Assembly: GCA_951813555.1 (NCBI GenBank)
Contig: OX638344.1
Location: 1,887,076-1,951,075, forward strand
Length of the DNA stretch: 64,000 nucleotides
Direction: 5' to 3'
From: an uncultured Acidimicrobiales bacterium
GTDB lineage: Bacteria; Actinomycetota; Acidimicrobiia; Acidimicrobiales; Bin134
The translations under genes were made by a program, and so were the position numbers. Positions 1 through 9,738 of the stretch are shown one piece after another. The notes under the pieces are model-generated. The model did not search any database. It was not told where the DNA came from and worked only from the letters and a program-made list of their open reading frames with translations. Position 1 is the stretch's first letter, and every line of letters begins with the position of its first letter.

Positions 1-1520
1 TGATCGAGGCTGGCAAGCGGATACCGGCCTTCTCCGACGCCGGTATCAAGACCGTGGTCAGCGGTCCGATCACCCATACTCCCGACTCCGGATACCTCAT
101 GGGACCGGCGCCGGGCCTGCGCAACTACTGGCTGTGCGCGGGGGCGTCCATCGGTATCACCCAGGGACCGGGCGCGGGCAAGTATCTGGCCCAGTGGATG
201 GCGCACGGCCAGACAGAGATCAACGTGGCGGAGATGGACCCCCGCCGCTTCGGCGACCACTGCGGCCCCACGGGCCGCTTCGCCATCGAGAAGGCCATCG
301 ACGAGTTCCACGAGATGTACGCCACCCGCCTCCCCGGCGAGCAGCGCTTCGCCGGACGACCCCAGAAGACCGACCCCATCTACGACCGGCTCGACGCTAG
401 GCAGGCGCAGTGGATGGAGATCTTCGGCTGGGAGCGCCCGCAGTACTACGGCGAGCCCGAGGCCCACACCTTCCGGCACTCCAACGCCTTCGACATCGTG
501 GGCGCCGAGTGCCGGGCCACCCGGGAGCGGGCCGGTATCGCCGACCTCACTGCCTTCTCCAAGTTCGAGGTGACCGGCGCCGACGCCGGGGCGCTGCTCG
601 ACCGCCTTACCGCCAACCGCATGCCGGCCAAAGACGGCGGGATGCGCCTAACCCACTTCTTGACCGAGCTGGGCGGCATCGAGACCGAGATGACCATCAC
701 CCGGCTGGCCCCCGATCGGTTCTACCTGAACTCGGCCATCGTCGGACAGTTCCACGACCGGGACTGGTTGACCCACCATGTGCAACCCGGCGAAGACGTC
801 ACCGTCACTGACAGAACTGACGACTTGGGCATCCTGGCCGTATCTGGCCCCCTTTCCCGCCAGATCATGGGGCCCCTCACCGATGCCGAGTTGGAGGCGC
901 CCGGGTTCCGCTGGCTCACCGGTCAGGAGATCGAGGTGGCCGGGGTGCCGTGTTTGGCCCTACGGGTGTCCTATGTGGGCGAGCTGGGCTGGGAACTGCA
1001 CCACTCCCAGGAGCACACCGCCGAGCTCTACGACGCCTTGGTGGAATCCGGTGAGCCGTTGGGCATGGTCCACTACGGCGCCTACGCCATGAACACCATG
1101 CGCATCGAGAAGGCCTACAAGGCGATGGGCTTCGAGCTCACCACCGAGATCACCCCGGTGGAGGCCGACCTGGGCCGGTTTGTGGACTGGTCGGGCGAGT
1201 TCCAGGGCAAAAAGGCCTCCGAGGAACGGCTGGCCATGGGCGACGATATCGAGATGATCCTGGTGTACTGCGAGGTGGACACCACCGACAACGACTGCCG
1301 GGGCAATGAGCCGGTGTACGACGGCGAAGAGCTCATCGGTCTGACCACCTCGGGCACATGGGGCCACACCACTGGGCGCGGTTTGGCCTTCGCCTACGTG
1401 AAACCCCAGTACAAAGCGCCGGGCACCCGATTCGAAGTGCAGCTGATGAGCGACCGCCGACCGGCGAAGGTGCTCGACGGCCCGGCCTACGATCCGAACA
1501 ACGAGAAACCGAGGGCTTGA
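1..1520 (+). CDS. Dimethylglycine/sarcosine dehydrogenase-family protein, C-terminal part (5' end outside window)
   Basis: Frame 3 is open from nt 3 to the stop at 1518-1520. The translation has a GcvT-like folate-binding region (SYVGELGWELH, KAYKAMGFELT). It is a paralog of the full-length gene at 29931-32462. Confidence 0.8.
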   Translation, partial: IEAGKRIPAFSDAGIKTVVSGPITHTPDSGYLMGPAPGLRNYWLCAGASIGITQGPGAGKYLAQWMAHGQTEINVAEMDPRRFGDHCGPTGRFAIEKAIDEFHEMYATRLPGEQRFAGRPQKTDPIYDRLDARQAQWMEIFGWERPQYYGEPEAHTFRHSNAFDIVGAECRATRERAGIADLTAFSKFEVTGADAGALLDRLTANRMPAKDGGMRLTHFLTELGGIETEMTITRLAPDRFYLNSAIVGQFHDRDWLTHHVQPGEDVTVTDRTDDLGILAVSGPLSRQIMGPLTDAELEAPGFRWLTGQEIEVAGVPCLALRVSYVGELGWELHHSQEHTAELYDALVESGEPLGMVHYGAYAMNTMRIEKAYKAMGFELTTEITPVEADLGRFVDWSGEFQGKKASEERLAMGDDIEMILVYCEVDTTDNDCRGNEPVYDGEELIGLTTSGTWGHTTGRGLAFAYVKPQYKAPGTRFEVQLMSDRRPAKVLDGPAYDPNNEKPRA

Positions 1521-1521
1521 T

Positions 1522-3051
1522 ATGGCGCGACGTGCAGGTGGCAGGGCTGCCCGGGTGGCCATGCGGGAGGCTCCGCCCGAAGCCGACGCCCGGGCCGTGT
1601 GGCCAGGGATGCCCGGCGGTGCCTACAAGCCGCTGTCCGAAGGGCAATGCGACGACGTTTTCGAGGCATCCCTTGGGCTGCTGGCCGATCTGGGCATGGG
1701 GCAGGCCACCCCGGAGATCATCGAGGCGGTCACCGCCAACGGGGGTCGAATGGACGACGACGGCCGCCTGCGGTTCCCCTCCGATCTCGTGAAGCGGATC
1801 GTGGACGGCGCCTGCAAGGAGTTCACCCTGCATGGCTTTGACCCCGACCGGGGCGTGGAGATCGGCGGCAACCGGGTGCACTTCTGCACCAGCGGGGCCG
1901 CGGTGATGATGCTCGACCACGACACCAAGCGCTTCCGTCCCAGCAACCTGGCCGACCTCTACGACGTGGCCCGGATCGTCGACACCCTCGACAACATCCA
2001 CGTGTTTGTCCGGACACTGGTGGCCCGCGACATGGAGACCGCCCGGGAGTTGGACATCAACACCGCCTACGCCATCCTGGCCGGCACCACCAAGCCCCTG
2101 GGCACGGCCATGTTCCAACCCGAACACGTTCACGAGTGCGTAGACCTCTTCGACATGGCGCTGGGCAGCGAGGGGGAGTTCGCCCGCCGCCCCTTCTGTA
2201 TCGCCAACAACACCTTCGTGGTGCCGCCCCTGCGCTACGCGGAAGATTCGGCCCTGTGTCTGCTCGAACAGGCCCGCCGGGGCATGCCCATCAACCTGCT
2301 GTCGGCCGGGCAGGCCGGAGCCACCTCACCGGCTGCGCTGGCCGGCTCGCTGGTGCAGGCCCTGGCTGAGTGCCTGGCCGGGTTGACCGCGGTGAACCTG
2401 GTCGTGCCCGGCCATCCCTGCGTGATGGGCATGTGGCCGTTCGTGTCCGACCTGCGCACCGGGGCGATGAGCGGGGGCAGCGGCGAGGAGGCCATCATCA
2501 ACGCGGCTGCCGCCCAAGTGGTGAACTACCTGGGCCTGCCGTCGGGGGTGGCCGCCGGCATGGCCGACTCCAAACTGCCCGACAACCAGGCCGGTGCCGA
2601 GAAGGCCAACGCCATCACCCTGGCGGCCAATGCCGGGGCCAACATGATCAATGAGACGGCCGGGATGCTGGCCAGCATCATGGCCTGCTCGCTGGAGGCG
2701 CTGGTTATCGACAACGACATGCTGGGCTCCATCAACCGCACCGTGCGGGGCATCGAGATTACCCCCGAGACGCTGTCGGCCCAGGTGATCGCCGACGTGG
2801 TACACGGCGAGGGCCACTTCCTCGGCCAACCCCAGACGCTGTCACTCATGCAAACCGAATACGTCTACCCCCTGATCGGCGACCGCCTCAGCCCCGACGA
2901 CTGGGTGGACGCCGGCGCCCGGCTGATGGACGACGTGGCCCACGACTACGTCACCGAAGTGCTCAATCGCCCCAAACCCGACCACATCACCCCCCAAGCC
3001 GACGCCCGCATCCGCGAAGCCTTCCCCATCCACCTCCCCCCCATCCGCTGA
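1522..3051 (+). CDS. MttB-superfamily (trimethylamine methyltransferase family) quaternary-amine:corrinoid methyltransferase, non-pyrrolysine type
   Basis: 509-aa ORF starting 1 nt after the upstream stop. Length and sequence are typical of the MttB family. There is no in-frame TAG. It is a paralog of 49510-51045. Confidence 0.85.
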   Translation: MARRAGGRAARVAMREAPPEADARAVWPGMPGGAYKPLSEGQCDDVFEASLGLLADLGMGQATPEIIEAVTANGGRMDDDGRLRFPSDLVKRIVDGACKEFTLHGFDPDRGVEIGGNRVHFCTSGAAVMMLDHDTKRFRPSNLADLYDVARIVDTLDNIHVFVRTLVARDMETARELDINTAYAILAGTTKPLGTAMFQPEHVHECVDLFDMALGSEGEFARRPFCIANNTFVVPPLRYAEDSALCLLEQARRGMPINLLSAGQAGATSPAALAGSLVQALAECLAGLTAVNLVVPGHPCVMGMWPFVSDLRTGAMSGGSGEEAIINAAAAQVVNYLGLPSGVAAGMADSKLPDNQAGAEKANAITLAANAGANMINETAGMLASIMACSLEALVIDNDMLGSINRTVRGIEITPETLSAQVIADVVHGEGHFLGQPQTLSLMQTEYVYPLIGDRLSPDDWVDAGARLMDDVAHDYVTEVLNRPKPDHITPQADARIREAFPIHLPPIR

Positions 3052-3091
3052 CAAAGCGCGCCGTTAGGCGCGGCTCATCTAGGGTCGGAGG

Positions 3092-4393
3092 ATGGCCTGG
3101 GATTTTTCTACTGACCCTGAATTTCAAGATCATCTGGACTGGCTCACCGAGCTGATGCGCACGGATATCGAGCCGCTAGATCACTACTTCCGGGGTCGGT
3201 CGCCGTTCGACAAGACCGACGAGGAGGTGCAGTCGCAACTGCGCCGCATCCAAGAGAAGGTGAAAGACCGGGGTCTGTGGGCCTGCCACCTCAAGCCCGA
3301 GATGGGCGGCATGGGATTCGGCCAGGTGCAGTTGGCGCTGATGAACGAGATCCTGGGCCGCTCCTCGTTCGGACCCTCCGCGTTCGGCAGCCAGGCCCCC
3401 GACTCGGGCAATGCCGAGATATTGGCCCACTACGGCAACGATGAGCAGAAGGAGAAGTACCTCAAGCCGCTGCTGGCCGGGGAGATCTCCACCTGCTACT
3501 CCATGACCGAGCCCCAGGGCGGGTCCGACCCCAACCACTTCACCTGCACCGCCCATCGCGACGGCGACGAGTGGGTAATCAACGGGGAGAAGTGGTTCGC
3601 CTCCAACTACCCGCGGGCCGAGTTCTTGATTGTGATGCTCATCACCAACCCCGACGTCTCGGTGTATCGGGGATCGTCGATGATGCTGGTGCCCCACGAT
3701 GCCCCCGGCTTGGAGCTGGTCCGCAACGTCGGGGTGGGCGGCGAGCGCCGCGGCCACGGCTCCCACAGCTACCTGCGGTTCAACGAGTGCCGCGTCCCGG
3801 CCGAGAACCTAATGGGCGAGGAGGGGGCCGGGTTCAAGATCGCCCAGACCCGCCTGGGCGGGGGCCGGGTACACCACGCCATGCGCTCGGTGGGCACGGC
3901 CAAAAAGGCGTTCGACATGATGTGCGAGCGGGCCCTCAGCCGGGAGACCAAGGGGTCGCTGCTGGCCGAGAAGCAGGCGGTGCAGCACATGATCGCCGAC
4001 TCCTGGGTCCAGGTCGAGCAGTTCCGCTTGCAGGTGCTGCACGCCGCTTGGCAGATCGACCAGTCCGACACCTCCAAGGCCCGGCTGTACATCGCCGGGG
4101 TGAAGGTGGCCACCCCCCGGGTGCTTATGGACGTGGTCTTCCGATCCATGCAGATCCACGGGTCGCTGGGCATGTCCAACGAGACCCCTCTGGCCAACAT
4201 GTGGATGATGGCGCCCACCTTCGGGGTGGCCGACGGCCCCACCGAGGTCCACAAAGACACCATCGCCAAGCAGGTGCTGAAGGACTACCGCCCGTCTGAG
4301 GGCCTGTTCCCCACCGAGCACCTGCCCGCCAAAATCGAATGGGCGCAACAAGTGATGGCCGAGCGCATCGAAGAGGAACTGCTGAACGCCTGA
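3092..4393 (+). CDS. Acyl-CoA dehydrogenase
   Basis: 433-aa ORF with ACAD-like sequence throughout (CYSMTEPQGGSDP, GGRVHHAMRSVG). GGAGG lies upstream of the ATG. Confidence 0.85.
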   Translation: MAWDFSTDPEFQDHLDWLTELMRTDIEPLDHYFRGRSPFDKTDEEVQSQLRRIQEKVKDRGLWACHLKPEMGGMGFGQVQLALMNEILGRSSFGPSAFGSQAPDSGNAEILAHYGNDEQKEKYLKPLLAGEISTCYSMTEPQGGSDPNHFTCTAHRDGDEWVINGEKWFASNYPRAEFLIVMLITNPDVSVYRGSSMMLVPHDAPGLELVRNVGVGGERRGHGSHSYLRFNECRVPAENLMGEEGAGFKIAQTRLGGGRVHHAMRSVGTAKKAFDMMCERALSRETKGSLLAEKQAVQHMIADSWVQVEQFRLQVLHAAWQIDQSDTSKARLYIAGVKVATPRVLMDVVFRSMQIHGSLGMSNETPLANMWMMAPTFGVADGPTEVHKDTIAKQVLKDYRPSEGLFPTEHLPAKIEWAQQVMAERIEEELLNA

Positions 4394-4412
4394 GCTGGTC
4401 TCCTAGCCCAGC

Positions 4413-6179
4413 TCAGCGGGACAGCAGGTCGGCCACTCGCCAGGAGTTGGCCATGATGGACAGGACGGGGTTGACGCCGCCGTTGGTGACGTGCAGCGAG
4501 GAGTCGGCCACGTAGGTCCGCTCGCAGCCCCACACCCTTCCCTGGGGGTCGACGGCGCCGCCTGCGGGGGTGTCGGACATGCGGGCGGTGCCGGCTTGGT
4601 GCTGGCCGCCGGACAATATCTGGAACCCCATGGAGCCCCCGGTCACGTCGTGGGCTCCGGTGGCAGTAATCCACTCCTTGGCCCGGTCGCCCAGGAACTC
4701 CGCGGTGCGGAGGTCCTCCTCGTGTTGAACGCCGAAGAACCGGGCCACGGGGAGGCCCCACTTGTCCCGCACCTCAGCCGAAAGGTCCAGTCCGGCTGAG
4801 CGGGTGGGGATCTCCTGGATCGGGCCCATGATCATGATCGTGCGGCGGTAGGTGTCCCGCAGGGCTTGGCGGGCCGAGGCCCCCGTCGGACGGCCGTACT
4901 CGTCAGTCTCGCCGGCGGCCTCGGCCGCTCGTTGGTGTTCGGGCCTAAACCATGACCCCATCACCCAGTGCTGGGCCGGTGATACCGCGTACTCGTCGGC
5001 GATCATGCCGCCGCCGATGATCCCGTCGTTGTGGTGGCAGTGCTCCCGGGTGGCCATGGCGAGGCCGGGGCCGACACCGTCGCTGAGCGGGGTGTCGGTG
5101 TCGACGTGGCCGTGGGCCAACACGTAGGTGTGGCCCTGAAGGCACCGGCCCACCCAGTCGTTGCCCAGCCCGCTCAACATCAGCAGTCGGGCGGTTTCCA
5201 CCGCCCCCGCGGCCAGCACGATCCGGTCGGCCCGTACGGTGCGCTGGCCTTGCTCGGAGCGCAGTTCCACCTCGCCTCGGCCGTCGTCCACCCGTACAGC
5301 CTGGGAATCGCACAGTATGTGGGCACCGGCCGCGGTGGCCCGGGGGAGCAGGGTGTTGTGGACCCCGTTTTTGGCGTCTACCGGACAGGGGTGGCCCACG
5401 CACTGGCTGCAACCCGCGCACTGGGGCCTGCCGCCGTAGGGCCGCGAGTTCACCAGCAGGGGAACGGGCGCGGTGGCCCAGCCCAGGCCAGCGGCGGCGT
5501 CGGCCAGCATCTCCCCTCCGCGGTCGGGCGGGAACGGGGGGAGCGGGTAGCCCCGGGACCGGGGTCCGTCGCCGGTGTGGCCAGCAGCGCCGGCCACGCC
5601 TACCTCCCACTCCACCAGGTCGTAGTAGGGCTCGAGGTCGTCGTAGGTGATGGGCCAGTCGGCCAGGGCCGACCCCTCGGGGATGCCGTACTCGCTGGCC
5701 ATACGGAATGTCTCCGGCGCGAACCGCCACCCTTGGCAGCCGTACAGCCGGGGGCCGCCGCCCAGCACCACGGCGTTGTTGTGGTAGCGGAAGTCATGGG
5801 GCTCGACCGCCTGCTCGCTATCCCCATCCCTGACCGCTCGGGGGTTCCCGACCGGCGTTACGCCTTCGCCGAACCCGAACACGGCCGTGCGGTGGTTGCG
5901 CACCGGGTCCCAGCCGATCTCCGTTGACCTATAGGGGCGGCCCCGCTCCACTACCAGCACCGAGCATCCGGCCGCGGCCAGCACGTGGGCGGCCACTCCA
6001 CCGCCGGCTCCGCTGCCGATCACCACTGCGTCGTAGTGGTCCCGCACCTCGTCCCAACCGATCACTGGCGGCACGGTGTCGACCAGTTCCGGCTCGCCGA
6101 GGGGGAACCGCTGGTAGCCCAGCTCCTCCCAGCACCCCGATTCGGGATCGGTCAGCCAGCGCAGGGTCTCCTGGTCCAT
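4413..6179 (-). CDS. GMC-family FAD-dependent oxidoreductase
   Basis: 588-aa ORF with an N-terminal dinucleotide fold (AVVIGSGAGGGVAAHVLAAAGCSVLVVERG) and a GMC-like C-terminus. Confidence 0.8.
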   Translation of the reverse strand: MDQETLRWLTDPESGCWEELGYQRFPLGEPELVDTVPPVIGWDEVRDHYDAVVIGSGAGGGVAAHVLAAAGCSVLVVERGRPYRSTEIGWDPVRNHRTAVFGFGEGVTPVGNPRAVRDGDSEQAVEPHDFRYHNNAVVLGGGPRLYGCQGWRFAPETFRMASEYGIPEGSALADWPITYDDLEPYYDLVEWEVGVAGAAGHTGDGPRSRGYPLPPFPPDRGGEMLADAAAGLGWATAPVPLLVNSRPYGGRPQCAGCSQCVGHPCPVDAKNGVHNTLLPRATAAGAHILCDSQAVRVDDGRGEVELRSEQGQRTVRADRIVLAAGAVETARLLMLSGLGNDWVGRCLQGHTYVLAHGHVDTDTPLSDGVGPGLAMATREHCHHNDGIIGGGMIADEYAVSPAQHWVMGSWFRPEHQRAAEAAGETDEYGRPTGASARQALRDTYRRTIMIMGPIQEIPTRSAGLDLSAEVRDKWGLPVARFFGVQHEEDLRTAEFLGDRAKEWITATGAHDVTGGSMGFQILSGGQHQAGTARMSDTPAGGAVDPQGRVWGCERTYVADSSLHVTNGGVNPVLSIMANSWRVADLLSR

Positions 6180-6183
6180 TCGA

Positions 6184-8667
6184 TCAGCCTTCGGTCACGG
6201 TGAGGCGGCAGGTGGCGGGGGCGAGGCCGTCGGCGGTGAAGGCGAGGTCGACGGTTCCCGGGCCGGTGGGGCGTATCACGGCCAGAGCTTGGCCGTCGTA
6301 GGTGGTGCAGGTGGGCGATCCGAAGGGTTCGGTGGACATGTGGTCGGCGCTGGCGAAGCCCTGAACCATTCCTGGGCCCTCCACAGTGACCTCAACGGGC
6401 CGATTGGCACCCGGGTTCACGATGCCGTCGGCGTCAACTAGGCGTACGGCAACGTAGGCCAGGTCGGTGTCACCCGCGGAGATCTCGGTGCGGTCGGGCT
6501 CGGCGACCAGACTCAGCGGGCCAGTGGCGGTTCGCAAGGTAGTTCGGGCCGTTTCCTGGCCGTCGGCGTAGGCGATGGCCACCAGCTCGCCAGGCTCATA
6601 GGCCGCCGTGAACCTGGTGCGGAATTCATCGGTGGGCTGGCGGCCTAGGGACTGGCCGTTGAGCACCAACTCCACCTCGTCGTCGGCCGAGTACACCTCG
6701 ACGTCCACGGTGGTGCCCTCGTGTCCGTCCCACGACCAGCTGTCGAGGCCGTCGCTCCACGACCACGGGCCGGAGTAGGCGATCTGCTTGTGGGCGTAGG
6801 CTGGCCGCTGCACCGCGATGAAGGGCTCTTGGCGCAGGCCGAAGACGATCTCCCGGTAATAGGAGGCCGGACGCCGATCACCGGTGATGTGGATGTCGCC
6901 GGTGTGGGCCACCAGCCAGGGGAACGGTGCGACCACGCCGGGAACGCCCGCGTCGACTGGATCTTCGTCGTCGTAGCCGATGCGGCCGATGCCCACCTCG
7001 CCGAGGTAGTCCCAGCCGGTCCAGGTGAAATCGCCGATCAGATGGGGGTGGGCGCAGATGACCGGCCAGTCCCGGCCCAGGTCGGTCACGTTGGTCTCGG
7101 AACCGACGATCACCCGGTTGGAGAACAGCTCGTGGTCGATGAGGTAGCGGTTGGAGACGTAGTTGTAGCCCACCACATCGAGCGAGGCGCTCACCTCCTC
7201 GAGGCCCTCGGCGATGACCGGTGACTGCATCACCTGGTCTTTCACCATGGCCCACATGGCCATTTGGGTGTTCACCCCTTGCGACTCCCCCTCATCCGCG
7301 GGGGGCGGCGCGGCCTCGTCGGAGGAGTCAGGGGCTTCCATCAGCCCGAGGATCTCGGGAATCTTGGCGATTAGCCCCCGGATGGCCAGCATCGGCTGGA
7401 CGCCGGTGGTCACGTAGCGGTGGGGGTCGAGCGAGCGAACGTGCTCGGCGATGTCGCGGGCTCGGGCGGCGCCGAGGGGCGAGCCGACCTCGGGGATCTC
7501 GTTGCCGGTGGAGTAGAGCACCACGCTGGGATGGTTGCGGTCTTTGCGCACCAGGGTGGCCACGTCGCTGCGCCATCGCTCCTCGAACCGCAGGGCGAAG
7601 TCGTGGTTCACCTTGTTCTCGGTCCACATGTCCCAGGTCTCGTCCGTCACGATCACCCCTAGGCGGTCGCAGGCATCCAACATGGCCCGGCTCATCGGGT
7701 TGTGGGCACTGCGCAGGGAGTTGAACCCGGCAGCTTTGAGCAGCTCCACCCGCCGCTCCTCGGCCCGGCTGATGGTGGCCGCGCCGATGGGCCCGTTGTC
7801 GTGGTGGACGCAGGCGCCCCTCAGCTTCACCGTCTCGCCGTTGATGCGCAGACCGTGGGCGGGGTCGAGCTGGAGCGACCGGATGCCGAAGGAGGTGACG
7901 TCGGAGTCCAACTCTGAGCCAGCTTCGGCCACCGTGGTGGTGCAGGAGTAGAGGTGGGGCTGGTCGGAGCTCCAACGGGCCGGATTGGCCAACGCCAGCC
8001 GCTGGCGGGCTGTGGCTGTGGTGTGGGGGCGCAGGGTCACGGGGATATCGCCTGAGGCCACCGTCTTGCCATCCGGGTCGCGCACTTCGCAGGCCACGCG
8101 CACCGTCACCGTGTGGGCGGTGTCGTTCTGCACTTCGGCGGCAACCTCCACCACTGCGCCGTGGTCGTCGATCTCTGGGGTGGTGACCCACACCCCGTCG
8201 ATGGCCAGGTGTACCGGGTTTTTCACCCACAGGTGTACCGGGCGGTAAATGCCCGCGCCGGAATACCACCGGGAATCCTCACCGGTCCGGCAATCCACCT
8301 TGATGGTGTTCTCCTCGCCGTAGCGTAGGAACGGGTCGAGGTCGACGATGAACTCGGCATAGCCATTGGGTTCGGAAGCGGCGAAGTCGTCGTTCACGTA
8401 GACCATGGCGTCTCGGTAAACACCCTCGAACTGAAGGGCGACCCGGCGGTCGCGCCACTCGGCGGGGACCTCGAACGCCTTGGTGTACTCCCACACCCCG
8501 CCGGGGAAATAGGCGATGTCGTGGGAGGCGGAGGGATTCCGCTCAGTGCCGATCATGGCGTCGTGGGGCAGCGTCACCGGCTCGGGCGTGCTCTTTGCCC
8601 CCGTCAACTCCGAGAACGGGTTTTGCTTGGGTCGCACTGCCCAGCCCGGGTTGAACGACGATCTCAT
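6184..8667 (-). CDS. Glycoside hydrolase family 2 (beta-galactosidase/glucuronidase-like)
   Basis: GH2-like sequence including NHPSVVLYSTGNEIPE. Start placed at the internal ATG 8665-8667 (MRSSFNPGW). The upstream 86 codons of the 913-aa ORF are Arg/Pro-rich and overlap the divergent gene. Confidence 0.8.
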   Translation of the reverse strand: MRSSFNPGWAVRPKQNPFSELTGAKSTPEPVTLPHDAMIGTERNPSASHDIAYFPGGVWEYTKAFEVPAEWRDRRVALQFEGVYRDAMVYVNDDFAASEPNGYAEFIVDLDPFLRYGEENTIKVDCRTGEDSRWYSGAGIYRPVHLWVKNPVHLAIDGVWVTTPEIDDHGAVVEVAAEVQNDTAHTVTVRVACEVRDPDGKTVASGDIPVTLRPHTTATARQRLALANPARWSSDQPHLYSCTTTVAEAGSELDSDVTSFGIRSLQLDPAHGLRINGETVKLRGACVHHDNGPIGAATISRAEERRVELLKAAGFNSLRSAHNPMSRAMLDACDRLGVIVTDETWDMWTENKVNHDFALRFEERWRSDVATLVRKDRNHPSVVLYSTGNEIPEVGSPLGAARARDIAEHVRSLDPHRYVTTGVQPMLAIRGLIAKIPEILGLMEAPDSSDEAAPPPADEGESQGVNTQMAMWAMVKDQVMQSPVIAEGLEEVSASLDVVGYNYVSNRYLIDHELFSNRVIVGSETNVTDLGRDWPVICAHPHLIGDFTWTGWDYLGEVGIGRIGYDDEDPVDAGVPGVVAPFPWLVAHTGDIHITGDRRPASYYREIVFGLRQEPFIAVQRPAYAHKQIAYSGPWSWSDGLDSWSWDGHEGTTVDVEVYSADDEVELVLNGQSLGRQPTDEFRTRFTAAYEPGELVAIAYADGQETARTTLRTATGPLSLVAEPDRTEISAGDTDLAYVAVRLVDADGIVNPGANRPVEVTVEGPGMVQGFASADHMSTEPFGSPTCTTYDGQALAVIRPTGPGTVDLAFTADGLAPATCRLTVTEG

Positions 8668-8735
8668 CGGCACCTCCAGTCGGCACAGAGTAGGGGAATG
8701 GCCTGCAACTGCCCTTGTCGCGGTAGCGTCCGGCC

Positions 8736-9710
8736 ATGACCGTTCGATGGGGAATTGCCGGACCAGGGGGCATTGCCGTTGGGTTTGCCAACGGGCTCCA
8801 ATTGCTGGACGACGCCGAGATCTACGCCGTTGGGTCGCGCTCGGCCGATCGGGCGCAGGACTTCGCCGCCAAATACGGGGCTCCGGCGGCCTACGGAAGC
8901 TATGAGGACCTGGCCGCCGATCCAAACGTGGACGCGGTGTATGTGGCCACCCCCCAGTCCCGCCACGAGCAGGACACGCTGATGTTCTTGGAAGCGGGCA
9001 AGCCGGTGTTGTGCGAGAAGCCCTTTGCCCTCAACCAAGCCCAGAGCCAGCGGATGGTCGATGCCGCCCGGGAGCGGGGGCTGCTCTTGATGGAGGCCAT
9101 GTGGAGCCGCTTTCTTCCCGCCTATCGGGTGTTGGCCGACTTGCTGGACGAGCAGGCCATAGGCCAGCCCCAACTGGTGGAGGCCGATTTCGGATTCCAT
9201 CAGTCGTTCGATCCCGACCATCGGCTGTACGACCCCGAACGGGGCGGCGGCGGGCTCCTCGACCTGGGGGTTTATCCCGTTCAATTCGCCTCGCTGGTTC
9301 TGGGCCCGCCGACCAGCGTGGCGGCCCAGGGCCGTATCGGTCAGTCCGGAGTGGACGAGCAAGTGGCCGCCGTTCTCGGCCACGCCGGCGGCGAGTTGGC
9401 GGTGGTCAAGGCGGCCATCGCCACCAACTTGGGCTGCACCGCCCGCATCGCCGGCACCGAGGGCACCATCGAGATTCCCGCGTTCATGCACTGCCCAGGG
9501 TCGCTCACGGTCGTGCGAGGCTTTGAGCGGGAAGAGATCGACGGCTCCTGGGAGGGCGACGGCCTCCGCTTCCAGGTAGAGGAGTTCCACCGCTGCCTGG
9601 CTGCCGGCGAGACTGAGAGCCCCGTGATCTCCCACGCCGAGACTCTGTCGATCATGGGCACCCTCGACCAGGTCCGCAATCAGATCGGACTGCGGTTTCC
9701 CGGGGAGTGA
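8736..9710 (+). CDS. Gfo/Idh/MocA-family NAD(P)-dependent oxidoreductase
   Basis: 324 aa. N-terminal Rossmann motif VRWGIAGPGGIA and an EKP motif (VLCEKPFAL). Confidence 0.85.
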   Translation: MTVRWGIAGPGGIAVGFANGLQLLDDAEIYAVGSRSADRAQDFAAKYGAPAAYGSYEDLAADPNVDAVYVATPQSRHEQDTLMFLEAGKPVLCEKPFALNQAQSQRMVDAARERGLLLMEAMWSRFLPAYRVLADLLDEQAIGQPQLVEADFGFHQSFDPDHRLYDPERGGGGLLDLGVYPVQFASLVLGPPTSVAAQGRIGQSGVDEQVAAVLGHAGGELAVVKAAIATNLGCTARIAGTEGTIEIPAFMHCPGSLTVVRGFEREEIDGSWEGDGLRFQVEEFHRCLAAGETESPVISHAETLSIMGTLDQVRNQIGLRFPGE

Positions 9711-9738
9711 GACTCTGAGTTTCCCTGCTGGCGGGAGG

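Noticed and set aside
1522-3051. Possible pyrrolysine (in-frame TAG) in the MttB-family genes (also 49510-51045)
   Set aside because: Both ORFs are uninterrupted from start to stop. There is no in-frame amber codon and no pyl genes are visible, so I treated them as non-Pyl MttB members.
8668-8925. Long N-terminal extensions of track ORFs (also 14568-14933, 17473-18210, 32595-33251, 35433-35537, 53112-53192, 55682-56095, 57582-57683, 60568-60792)
   Set aside because: The extensions are Arg/Pro-rich or overlap neighbouring genes, promoters or tRNA flanks. Internal ATG/GTG starts coincide with the onset of family-typical sequence, or with ATGA/GTGA coupling to the upstream gene.
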